DNA of 64,000 nucleotides from NCBI GenBank assembly GCA_038496445.1, contig JALMLS010000270.1, positions 42,660 to 106,659 on the forward strand, written 5' to 3'. The position numbers were made by a program, and so were the translations under genes. Each line of letters begins with the position of its first letter. The stretch's first letter is position 1. Of this stretch, positions 51,501 through 63,900 are shown piece after piece. The notes under the pieces were generated by a model. The model made no database searches and was not told where the DNA came from. It saw only the letters and a program-made list of their open reading frames with translations. The stretch is from Trichosphaerium sp. ATCC 40318. Lineage: Eukaryota; Protista; Tubulinea.

Positions 51501-52779
51501 GATTTGAAAAAGGTATCTGTGGGTTAGAATGATTGTTCAAAAGAATGACAAATTTACAACAATCAGGTCTAGAGACAGGTGACGATAGCTTTATGTGGTA
51601 CACTGAAAGTGATAAAAAATGTCTTAAACGAAAGAATGTATTCCTTACTCACTATTCTGTAAAAGAATTACCTGCAAAACATGGTGGTGATAGAGGAGAA
51701 GAATATGATCCCAAGCAGAAAAAACTCAGTTTTCATTTCAATGTAATAGTTGATTGAAGCACACTATTAATTACCAGCAAGTTCTGGTTAATATCAGTTA
51801 TAGACACATATGTGTTCTGAAGCATAGCAAAAATTGGGCATAAATAACGTTTTTGAGGTGTGCTAGAAATTTTTTTGAAAATGTGAACTGCTTACAAAAA
51901 TCGTCCCGATATTCCAATTTGGTTTTCAGAGAAGAGCGACTGAAACTGAAAGTTGTTGGCTTTTTTTTTAATCACCAAGTGCTTTTTATTCATCCAAACT
52001 ACTCTCATATGTTTTAAAATGCATAGTTCTATACATAGAGTGGTTGAAAGCCCTATATTGCGTGAGTTTAAGATATCTACATTTTAGAAGTAAAACTAAG
52101 TCACAGTAAGCCTAACCAACACTTTTGTTGTGAAATTGTGCCAGTGGTGACGTTTTTTTGACAATTCGAGCCAATGTTGAGACTGCCACATGATCTATTT
52201 TTTTGCTGTCTCAAAACCACTTTTTAGTACTTTCCACGCGTAGAAATAGCCATCACTTGAGGTATAACATATTTTAACACAATTTTGTAGTTTTATCTAT
52301 TCACTTGCTCATTAAAAAAAGTCTCAGACGTGTGAGGATATAAAAAATTGGGTTCAGGACAGCAATAAGGATGTAATTTGTGCTATTTTGTCCCACCACA
52401 AAAGCAAGAAGAATATCTCTATGCGCTGAATAGCTAAAAGAGGATTTCCGATACTCCGAATAGTGTTAAACAACTTTAAACACACTGTAGAAACGCTACC
52501 TGCAAGTACAGCTCATAATGTAGAGAATAAAAAAAACAGTTTGTTGTTCACACGTGTTTCATATTTTACAAGGTCTAAGTGCTTCAAACATGAACTTCTT
52601 GTAGAGCGTAGGGTTTTTATGGCCTCTGAAGTGCAGTTGAACGAAGGTACGGAACCGAAAAACGCTAAATAATGAAAGTTGTCTTCAATGGGTTTATAAT
52701 CACACTCATGTTTACGCGTAAAATAAGATGCCAATCTACTTTAAGCTTCCCAATTAGCTCGTCTAATGTAAATTGTTGA

Positions 52780-54045
52780 TAGATCCTAATGAATGGCCTC
52801 TCGTTAGCTGGCGTAATCATAGCTGTGCTTGGGATGCTGTATACACAGGTTTACAGTCTGTTGGTGATAACGTACATTTTTTGAAGCTTCAAGTGGATTT
52901 ACACGTGCTAGGTGTTTCCTACTCTTTCAGTGCTTTTGAGAGATCCAAGCACAGACAATAAAGAATTATTCATTAAACAGTTTTTGGCTGATCTCTATGA
53001 ACGTTTTCCGAAGGAGAAAAAGAAGATTGAAGCAGCATATATCAAACAACGTTCTGGCATATATTCAACACTATTCAATGTCGATGCTGTTCATGAGTTT
53101 GTGCAACAACAATGTCTTGCTTTTCATGCGACCTATGAGTATGATGTACAATGCAACTGTGAAGGTATTGTGCCTATATTTATAGCTATAACATTGCATA
53201 GAATACCAAACAAAACCTGCGTTTGTTTTTGCACCTAGAAGCGTCCAACATAATTTTGAAGAATGGGTAAACATGAAAATTGGCAGAGCTTCAAACTGCA
53301 AAACATGTCGCTATTGTGGTTCCAAAGAAATCAAGGCATACAATATCTCAACATTACAGTGCTTACACAATTATAGGTTATTACTTTGCCAAAGAATGAT
53401 TTCAATGACATTCCAGAGTTGTTTATGCATAACAAACAGTACTAACATAATTGTGGTTTCATTTAATTTTACATAGTGAGTGGAAAGCACAGGGGCAGCA
53501 TCGCTTTTGAGACAGTTTCGAAAATTACGACATTTTTGATTTTTGATATTTACTGCATTTCGAGAATCTTTGAGACGTTTTTACTCACCTCAGAACCGTC
53601 TTAACCAAAAATTGTTATTATGAACATTTAACTAGTATTCTATACTTATAGGCTTAAAAACCATTTTGCGATTCGTTCCTGCTGTGCGGGGGAAAAGTAC
53701 CGACAGTCAAAGCAATTTTTTTCAAAACAAACTTTTTCAAAAATTTCGGAATTTCTGAAACTGTCTCAAAAGCGATGCTGCCCCACAGTACATAATTATG
53801 TGGCAGCCAAATCCAAAACATTTTACATGTTACGTCAGCACCAACAGCGGTTGGTGGTTTGTGGATAACATGAAAAACCCAACTATTGGTGTTAAATCAA
53901 ACCCATGTTTGTTTTTTTTGACAAATTAATAGTTGACAACTGTAGGGACAAATACAAAACTGCAGAACACGATATGTGGGAAATAGAAGCAAAAGAAATA
54001 ACTGGCTTTAAGAGAGCATTTAAAGAATGGAAATGTAAAAGCGTC
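52780..54045 (+). pseudogene. USP-like cysteine protease gene inside the piggyBac element, disrupted by a MITE
   Basis: Cys box WRNHSCAWDAVYTGL, zinc-ribbon-like QCNCE and NCKTCR, His box KHFTCYVSTNSGWWFVD. Confidence 0.7.
53492..53784. mobile_element. 293-bp MITE with 28-bp perfect TIRs and 3-bp TSD (ACA); PIF/Harbinger-like
   Basis: aca|ggggcagcatcgcttttgagacagtttc ... gaaactgtctcaaaagcgatgctgcccc|aca. Excision restores the frame EWKAQYIIMWQP. Confidence 0.93.
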
Positions 54046-54729
54046 CGTTATGTACTTTTACTACCTAATTAGTATATGTATAATATCACGATGTACTTAG
54101 TCAGTGATTGAAGAGAAGGTGTAACACGAGTTTAGTTATTAAATTATGTTATTATTATTACAGTTATTACAAGTATTTAGTCGGGAGATTTCATACTATT
54201 TTATTTAGTATGAGATGCCTACGGAATCTCAGTATAATTGAGATAGTATAAATCCGGGCATCTTTACAGAAAGCCCAGCAGAACACTATTTCTAAAGTAC
54301 ATGGTAAAAAGCATTATAACTACTTACATGAATAGAATTGGATTACTGGCCACAACAATGAAACACTTAAACAGCTTAACCAACAGCCACTCAAGCACAT
54401 AAATGCCAAAGATATACTTGATATAGAGTCTAGTAATAATAGCTGTCTGGGAGCACTCTTATCCTCCTTCCATACGTGATGCAGTAAAACAGTGGTTACA
54501 TCCATTATTTCAAATGGTTAAACGGTGTTCAAATCAAGGTGGTAAATGTGGTTTTATTGCTTTAATAGTTTGTAGGTTATAGAACACTTCCAAATGATCT
54601 TCGAGAACAGTACAATGCACTTAAAAAATACACTCTAATCAAGTATACCCCCAATATGCAAAACAAAACGGTAGAGTTCTATCCAGGTACATTATAAGGT
54701 TCTGTCATTTTATATTAAGTAACGAAAGA

Positions 54730-56426
54730 TGTGGTCTCAACTAGCTGGTACAAAAACACAGTGTTAAAGACAAAAAAGAGGCTTAAAAAGGTTAAAGAAA
54801 ATGGCATTACCACATTGGAGTCATTGCAAGCGCATATTGATGTGAAGAAGTATGTTGCTTCTTGTAACAAAAAAAACCATCATAAAGGACATGTGCTGGT
54901 TCTTGGAATATGGAAGGCATTGAACACTACTTTGGTGTGTTGTTAACAATGAAGTTGTCTCCACAGTTTACTCTTAGCGATTTTTGGAGTACTGATACAA
55001 AATTTGGGAATATACACATGTTCATTTAATGTTGCGTAACAAAGTATTATTAACATACCATTAATAGCTATAAAAACAAGTTGTACAAAAGAGCAATGGC
55101 AAGAACTCACAAATCAAATTGACTACCAGCCTTTAGAGGTCCAACGGTATGTGAAATAATCTATGAGTGCTAAAGGATGTAGCTTACTGAATTCAACTAT
55201 TAAAAAAAACTTTAACCCCGGAATATTGTCGTGTTTGGATGAAATGTACTACCAGGAGCAAGTACAATGTTGAATACAATGCATTTTGACTTTGTGTAGA
55301 AATATGGTTCACTTGTTTTTGTTCACATAAACCAGTTAAAGAGGGCTTTTGGGTTTTTGAATTATGTTTTAAGGTACATGGTGATAACTTTAGCCTATTA
55401 ATATTAAAATAGAATAGTAAGCATGTTTGGCCCTGGATATTGGAAATGCAATTTGGAGAAAGTACTATTCCACCATCTCACATGGCACATTATATAGCAT
55501 CACAAATACTCAAAAAAGACAACACAAAGCGTATAACTATAGCAACTGACTCATACTACACTACACCAATCATTTCTAAGCTTTTAGATGATGACAGATT
55601 TAAGTTTGTTGGCTTGATGAGTTCCAAAAAAGCACCAAATATGATAAACCATTTGCAACAAGTAAGTAACCATTTGGCAAAATTCCTTAAGCTTGTTAGA
55701 TGCTTCCCAACAACGGTGTGGGAGCCCATTGTTGGGTTTATGATGCTGACACTATAAACAATGGTTCTGTTGTTTGTGCTGGTATGTTCAAAGACATAAA
55801 AGCACATGTTGCGTACATATCAAACATTGGCAATCCAACTGTTTTTGTATCAAGCAAAAAACCAACCAAATCAGATAAAAAAGCTGTAAACAAACCAGAA
55901 CCAGTACATGCATATTCAGAACTGAAGAACTGCTGTGATATTTTCAACAGATTGTCTGTAATACTGTGTTTTATGCCATTGACTGTTTTTAGTGTGCTTA
56001 AGTACAAACGTATCCATTCCACAAAACACACATGTTGGACCACAGCTTTATTGGCAGCATACTTGTATGTAGTTATTGTATGGCTACATAATGAGTTTAG
56101 TGATTTGTTTCTTGCTTCGTCTTTTGCTGGTATTCAATGCTGAATCCTACTTCAATAAGTTATCCCATGTACATGAACCAAGTTGCATATCTGTTGTTGA
56201 AACTCACTTCCAAAAGACCTTACACTATTTGCCAGCGAAAGCCATCATGCTCACAGTGTAGGTATGCATTTTAAACAACACTTAAGCCTATTGTTTTATC
56301 TAATTCTCTTTAAGAGAGTGGCATAAAAAACTATCAATTGATGCACACAAGCAAAGAAAACCATCAAGTTCATCAAAACGATTAAGATGTACAACCACAA
56401 CTGTACAGAAACCACCAACCAAGTGA
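54730..56426 (+). CDS. piggyBac-family DDD transposase, intron-containing, apparent frameshift near 55300; start approximate
   Basis: DFWSTD, NFNPGILSCLDEM (D1), HKPVKEGFW, ITIATDSYYT (D2), KPEPVHAYSELKNCCDIFNR (D3), WT..LL..L....NA. Confidence 0.85.
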
Positions 56427-57432
56427 TAGTGTGAAACATGCTTTATTACACCCTACACACCAACCAATTAAGATGAAAACCAAATCAAACAAACAAAGTC
56501 ATGAACTTTTGTTGCTTTCACAATCAGATTACCATCAGCATTTACACCAGCTAAAGTATTCAAACTGTTCTAGAAGAGCTTGCAAAAATAGGAATAGGAC
56601 ACTGTAATAATCCTTCTCGTATGTATCTAACAACTGTAGGTTTTGCAGTGGATGCCCTATGTATTGGCAATGGGTTACAATTGATGGAAAAACAAAGCTT
56701 GTCACCATTCCACAGTTTTATTGTACAAAATGCTTTTACAAGTGCCACTAGATTGTATACATTGGTATAGATAATATCCCATACTAAATGCTTGTATTTG
56801 GGGCTTCTGTAGTATAGGAGAAGCATTTTGTGTAACTGAGGAAGGCGGGTTACACCTAACTATTTGTTTTAGGTAGAACGCTATTGTATTTAACTTCTTT
56901 ACTTGTTTTGTGAGCTGTACTGAGGAGTTGTCTAAAAGTGTTATGTACTTTCATGGTTTGTATCAACTGTAAAATAGCCTATGTGTGATTTGAGGTAACA
57001 TTTGGCGAGATAACACAGCTTTTTGCTTTTTTTGCAAATGTAAAAAAAAGGCTAACATCCATGCGCATTTGGATGCATATTTTTTGCATTTTCAGCACCG
57101 CCAAAAACAGCACGGCAGCACTATAAAAGAACAGCGGAGTTGTTTCTGAACGGTTTTACTTCATTTCAGTGAGCTGGGCTTATTCAGCGCATAGAGATAT
57201 TAAGTACTAACTATGTGTTTTTTTTTGTTTGAATTGTGTCGCCATTAGCAGTGAATCGTCTTTGCGACTCATACCAGAGTTTTTCTGTAAATGGGTTTTT
57301 TTGTTTTTTTTTTTTCTCTTTAGAATATCATTCAGAAGTGAGTCGTTGTAAATTTGTGCTATGAAAGCTATCAGTGCATTTTTTCACTGTTGTTTAATTT
57401 GTTTCAGGCCGGGAGGCGGTATACGTTGCCCA

Positions 57433-57452
57433 ATATCTCTGTGTGCTGAATA
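57433..57452 (+). mobile_element. Left terminus of a second, related piggyBac-like element (right end not in window)
   Basis: ATAT|CTCTGTGTGCTGAATA matches the TIR at 52417 at 14/16 positions, is also preceded by ATAT, and is followed by a paralogous USP-like gene. Confidence 0.7.
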
Positions 57453-57843
57453 GGCTACAAGTCCTTTTTATGAGCCCTACACTGTCTCAATGAATATTTT
57501 TACACAATGTGATGCTATACAGAATGGTTTGAGGTTAAACAGATGGCCACATTGTGTTGTAGGGTTTTCTGTAAAAATTCCAAAAACTCATATTTTTTTG
57601 TGCACTGTAGAGTAAATAACATAATTCTTGCACAAGACCACGGGAACGAGTAATTATTACATCTTTGGCAATGAGCGCACGCTACGATACTTACGGTACG
57701 TTTTAATACAGCTATAATAAATTACAGCGTCAACCTGCTTTAAAAGTACCTACCAGGCGTTAATAGTGCTGTTGTGTTTATTTGCGATAGTTTTTTCACC
57801 CAACATAGGTAAATAGAAGAAGCATACGCAAATGGTGTGCGTA

Positions 57844-59020
57844 GGAGATGTACAGAATGAAATGAATTGATTCCGAAAAAACACGAAATGTTCCGAAAAA
57901 AACACGAAATATTCCGAAACATTACGTGTTTTTACCATCTCCAAACCATATCTCATATAGTTGAAGCAAGGTCTTTTAGTAGGAAGTTTATAAGAGCATT
58001 GCAGTGCAGTTTGTAACAAAAAAGTGAAGTTGATAACAGCTTTTTGCAATCATGATAATCTGAGTCAGTACTGCGACTATTTTGCGAAGTTGTCTAAAGA
58101 ACAAGAAATGTCATTGAGATAGTAAAATCACTGGTACTCCTGATAGGTTTTGTGGAGAAGTTTTTTTCACTTAACATTGTACACGCAACTTTCGTAGTTT
58201 TTGTGTGTTGGAAGTGCTCCTTGTTTGTGCTACAGCAACTCAAGATGGTTTTTGTGCAAAACAATCACTTTGGAAGTGATACGAAACTGATTTGAAAGTG
58301 CTTTATTTTCGCTTCCTAATCGCCTTGGTAGAAACACCTTAGAATCACTTGGAAAGCGGTTTGAAAGTGATTTGAAAGTGATTCCAAAGCGATTTCTACA
58401 TGAGTTTTTTTATCTCTTGATGTTGTAGGTGCACCTTTTGCAATTTTGTTATTTTGCAAGTGCACCTCAGATGTATTACAACCAATACTGATGCTTTGAG
58501 GAAAAAAAGCGCTTAGCAATCACTTTGCAATCACTTTCAAATCACTTTCAAACCGCTTTCCAAATGATTCTAGAGCGTTTCTACCAAGGCGTTATGAAGT
58601 GAAAAGAAAGCGCTTTCAAATCACTTTTGAATCGCTTGGAAAGTGCTCGTTATGCACGGAAAACCATCTTGAGTTGCTGTAGCACAAGCAAGGAGCACTT
58701 CCAATACACAGAAACTACGAAAGTCGTGTATACAACGCTAAATGAAACAAAGTCAAATCACCGTATCAGGAACCACTGATTGTACTATGTCTCAGTGACA
58801 CTTCTCATTCTTTCTATGTCACTTTTTGGAACAAGAACAGCTGCTCACTGCAATGCTCTTGGAAACCAACCAAAAGTTCTTGCTTCAACTGTGTTAAGAT
58901 GTGGTTGTTCAGGGCAATCTACTTACCAGTAAAAACACGGAATGTTTCAGAATATTTCGTGTTTTTTTCGGAACATTTCGTGTTTTTTCGGAATCAATTC
59001 ATTTCATTCTGTACATCTCC
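57844..59020. mobile_element. Foldback element: ~550-bp inverted arms around a ~120-bp loop, non-coding
   Basis: 57844-57933 is a near-perfect reverse complement of 58929-59020, and 58188-58395 of 58517-58724. Internal short repeats ttccgaaaaaacacgaaat and ttgaaagtga. No clear TSD. Confidence 0.9.
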
Positions 59021-59139
59021 ATAGTGTAGATTTGATATCTGTGCGCAGCAAGACAAGCTCTTGTCGTGGCTAGAACTCTTTTTTTTTTCGATCACGTGAT
59101 TTTCTGTTTGAAGAAACCCAAACATTCTAAAGTAGTCGT

Positions 59140-60110
59140 AGGGAACCTTGAAACCCCACACATGTTGGAATAATCACAGCTGTCCCTGGGATGCTGTTTT
59201 CACTGGTTTACAGTCTGTTAGTGATATTTGCATGTGTTGTTCTATACAAGTACTAATATAGTTTAGGTGATTCCCAACAACCCGACAGTACTCACATCTA
59301 ACAACATAGATGGAAGTAGAAACACATTTATTCAGTTGTTTTTACAGCGTTGCTACACAAAATATCCAAAGAGGAGGAAGGAAATAGAACATAACTATGA
59401 GGAGTATCGCTGTGGAAAATATAGCCCTGATTTTAGTGTCCGTGAAATTCCAGCTATGTTAGAAGTGTTTGTGTTTCATTTCATGCATTCGCTAACTATA
59501 ACAGTGGTTGCAAATGTGAAGGTGAGCATAATAAACTATTGCCATCCATGCTTCTGACACATCCAGATTACAGAGTGTCACATCAGTTGTGTATTTTTGG
59601 AGAGCAAGATATTGAAGCAAAAATATTCAACTGGCTGATTAAACGTCTTTCAGTTTCAAACAACTGTCTGACTTGCAGTGAGGGAGGGTTTAAGGCTGTT
59701 GAGGTATGTAACTTTATATTATTTTGAAAACAACCTAATTTGATAAAGAGTGTGACATTACCGGCTTTGATTACTGTGTATCCAAATCGCAATGTTGTTC
59801 AGGACATGGCCAAATTACCTAAGACTTTAAACTCCATGGAAGGTATGTAAAGACAGTTAGCGTTTGCACTTACATAAGCAGAACTTGGGAGGCAGCTTAC
59901 ATTTTGATGTGGCAGCCTAAACCGCATCCACATTTCACAACATATGTGAATAACAATGGAGCTTGGTGGTTTATTGATTGTATAACATCACTTCCTGTGG
60001 AATCTAATCCTTGTACGCTATATTCAAAGCCTTTAACTAACACATTGAAAGGGAATGCCTCTAGGGCCCACAATAATATGTGGAAAATACAGGTGTTGTC
60101 TACAAAGGAT
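59140..60110 (+). CDS. Second USP-like cysteine protease paralogue, possibly decaying
   Basis: CWNNHSCPWDAVFTGLQS, FIQLFLQRCYTKYPKRRKEIE, GCKCE and NCLTCS, WEAAYILMWQPKPHPHFTTYVNNNGAWWFID. Co-linear with the copy at 52780, including intron positions. Confidence 0.7.
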
Positions 60111-60469
60111 CACAACACTGTATCATGTAAAGAACTGTACAAATTGACCTGATAGGTGAAAGTGACAGTTTCAGGTATGTAAATGTTGTTCCATTGCTTA
60201 CTAACATCAAACAGTGACTATATCTTCAGTGACGCTGATAGTGACGCTGATAGTGACGGGAGTATTCAATCAGATGTGTCTGGCAATAGTGTTGAGTTGG
60301 CATTTACTTCCCAAAATCAAATGGAATTGCCATGGAATATAGAATCTTTAGGGCCAAATGCAGGTGTTCAAATTGTTCAAATATTGAACAAACAAACAGC
60401 GACAGAAGCAGAAAGAAACAAAAATGGCAATCACAAGTGGCTTCTTGAAGCAACAGTAAACACAAACAA

Positions 60470-63400
60470 TGAATGCTCCAACTATTGCTGCGCACAACAA
60501 CAGATGCACCTAACTGGTACTTGCTTGATATTTTTTAGCTTTCTTTCTAACTGTGATAGATGCGCCAACTACACCTACAACTGCAGCCCCTACCACAGCC
60601 ACACCAACAACTGATGCTCCTACTGCAAGTACTCCAACAATAGAACTGCTAACAACAGCTTCAACTACAGATGCTCCTATCATCAAAACCCAGCTCCAAC
60701 CACCAATGTACCTACGACTGAAGCTCCAACAACAAAAGCACCAACCACTAAGGTCCTTATAACTGATGCTCCTACCACTGTGGTACCTACTACAGACGCA
60801 CCAACGACTGAGACAATAAACTATAGATGCTCCAACCTCTGATGCACTGACAGCAGAGGCTACAGCGAAAGCGCCAACTACTGGCACTCCAACAACCAAG
60901 GGGCCAACAAAAGCTGCGCCAACCACAGTAACACCTACTACAGATGCACCAACCACCGAAGCCCCAACGACTGAGGCTCCTACAACTGTAGCGCCTACTA
61001 CAGAAGCACCAACGACAGAGGCTCAAACTACAGATGCACCTACCACAGAGGCACCAACGACTGAAGCTCCTACCACGGATGCGCCTACAACCGAAGCTCC
61101 AACGACAGAGGCTCCTACCACTGAAGCTCCAACGACGGAGGCACCAACAACAGAGATTCCAACCACTGTAGCGCCTACTACAGAGGCACCAACACCTGAA
61201 GCACCAACTACAGAGGCTCCCACCACTGTAGCGCCTACTACAGATGCACCTACCACCGAAGCGCCAACGACAGAAGCACCAACTACTGAGGCTCCTACAA
61301 CTGAAGCTCCAACTTCATTGGCGCCTGCTACTGAAGCACCAACAACAGAAGTGCCAACAACAGAAGTACCAACTACAGAGGCTCCAACCACTGTACCGCC
61401 TACTACAGAGGCACCAACACCTGAAGCACCAACTACAGAGGCTCCCACCACTGTAGCGCCTACTACAGAGGCACCTACTACGGAACCTCCAACTACCGAG
61501 GCACCAACAACACAGCATCCAACTACAATGCCACCAATGACATCTCCACCAACTACAGAAGCGCCAACTACTGTGGCGCCTACCACAGAGACACCAACAA
61601 CTGAGGCTCCAACTACTGATGCTCCAACTACAGAAGCACCTACAACTGTAGCGCCAACAATGGAGGCTCCAACCACAGAGGTTCCTACAACTGCTGCGCC
61701 AACAACAGAAGCGCCAACAACACAGCATCCAACTACAATGCCACCAATGACGCCTCCACCAACTACAGAAGCACCTACAACTGAAACTCCAACTACTGAG
61801 GCACCAACAACTGGTACTTGATTTATATTGTTATCTTTTTCCATCTAACAGTAATAGATGCACCAACTACACAAAGCACAGAAGCGCCAACAACTGCAAC
61901 CCCTACCACTGATGCTCCAACAACTGAGGCTCCTACCACTGCAACCCCTACAACTGTAGCACCTACTACTGACGCTACAACTACTGAGGCACCTACCACT
62001 GAAGCCTGAAGCCCCTACTATGGAGGCTCCAACTACAGGAGCTCCTACAACCGAAGCTCCTACCACAGAGGCGCCTACAACTGAGGCACCAACAACGGAT
62101 GCACCAACAATCGAAGCCCCAACTACTGAAGCTCCAACTACTGCTGCTCCTACCACAGATGCACCTACAACCCAAGTTCCAATTGGCGCCAACTACTGAG
62201 GCTCCAACAACTGATGCACCAACAACTGAAGCACCTACAACTGTAGCGCCTACCACTGAAGCCCCTACCACTGAAGCTCCTACAACTGTAGCACCTACTA
62301 CATTGGCGCCTACTATGGAGGTTCCCACGACTGAGGTACCAACTACAGTAGCTCCTACGACTGAAGCTCCAACCACAGATGCACCAACAACTGAGGCTCC
62401 AACAACTGAGGCTCCAACCACTGTAGCGCCTACTACAGATGCACCAACAACTGATGCACCAATGACAGATGCTCCAACAACAGAAGCCCCAACAACTGAA
62501 GCTCCAACAACAGAAGCACCAACGACTGAGGCTCCAACTACAGAAGCACCGACAACTGTAGCACCAACAAGTGGTACTTTGTATTTTACTTTCTAAAGCA
62601 ACTAACTTTCTTTGTAGATGCACCAACTACAGATGCTCGTACAACTGAAGCGCCTACGACAGAACCACCAACAACGGAGGCACCAACTACAGAAGCACCA
62701 ACAACTGAAGCTCCAACAACTGAAGCGCCAACCACCTAAGCCCCAACTACTGAAGCTCCAACTACTGCTGCTCCTACCACGGATGCACCTACAACTGTTG
62801 CGCCAACAACCGAAGCACCAACTACTGAAGCCCCTACTACAGAATCGCCTACAACTGATGCACCAACAACAGAGTCACCAACTACAGCTAATCCTACAAC
62901 AGCAGCACCAACAACTGAAGCTCCTACCACTGCAACCCCTACAACTGTAGCTCCTACAACTGACGCTCCAACTACAGAGGCTCCTACAACTAACGCTCCA
63001 ACTACGGAACCTCCAACGACTGAAGCACCAACTGCTGATACTCCAACTACTGATGCTCCTACAACTGAAACACCTACTACTGACGCTCCAACTACTGAAG
63101 CACCAACTACAGAGACTCCTACAACTGTAGCACCAACAATTGAAGTGCCAACAACTGAAGCTCCAACCACAGATGCACCTACTACTGAAGCACCAACAAC
63201 CATAGCACCAAATACAGATGCTCCAACCACAGAATCGCCAACTACTGAGGCTCCAACAACTGAACCACCTACAACAGATGCGCCTATGACTGAAGCTCCA
63301 AAGACTGAAGCACCTACAACTGTAGCACCAACAAGTGGTACTTTGTATGTTACTTTCTAAAGCAACTAACTTTCTTTGTAGATGCACCAACTACAGAATC

Positions 63401-63900
63401 GCCTACAACTGATGTGCCAACAACAGAGGCTCCAACCACAGAGGTTCCTACAACTGCTGCGCCAACAACGGAGGCACCGAACACAGAGGTTCCAACAACT
63501 GAAGCTCCTACAAGTGAGCACCAACTATAGTAGCTCTTACAACGGAAGCCTCAACTACAATGGTACTTGAGTGATTAATTGGACAATACTATCATCTTTT
63601 TCAACTTAACAGTATTAGAACCAACAACCGAAGCTCCAACAACAGATGTGCCAACCACAGTAGCACCAATTACAGATGCTCCTACAACTGAAGCTCCTAC
63701 TAAATCTCCAACTACAAAGGCTCAATAAATGGTACTTCCTACTTTACTTTCTAGAACTAACTTTATTTACGGAGGCAACTACAATAGTACCTTCAAGTGC
63801 TTCATCAACTGCTGAGGTACCTTGTACAGATGCATCTACAACTGATGCTTGGCTTCAACTAAATAGACTACACCAAAGACGCCTACTGCATCCAAAGAAG
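60470..63900 (+). repeat. Mucin-like 15-bp coding minisatellite (APTTE)n in several exons, pseudogenising
   Basis: On the order of 200 degenerate gcaccaacaactgaa-like units, with duplicated introns (62575-62618 vs 63338-63381), frameshifts (~62005, ~62180) and an in-frame TAA (~62737). Confidence 0.9.

Larger units (their letters stand above)
52417..57196 (+). mobile_element. piggyBac-like DNA transposon with 16-bp TIRs and ATAT target duplication
   Basis: ATAT|CTCTATGCGCTGAATA (52413-52432) ... TATTCAGCGCATAGAG|ATAT (57181-57200), a perfect inverted match enclosing a piggyBac transposase. Confidence 0.85.

Noticed and set aside
49700-52400. Possible genes or TE remnants, including ORF 51533-51757
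   Set aside because: No recognisable motifs, termini or consistent exon chain could be established by eye.
57200-57203. TTAA as the piggyBac target duplication
   Set aside because: Present only at the right end, whereas ATAT flanks all three termini.
60510-63390. Long minus-strand (VVGAS)n and Cys/Trp-rich ORFs
   Set aside because: Antisense or alternative frames of the APTTE minisatellite; splice signals and synonymous variation support the + strand.
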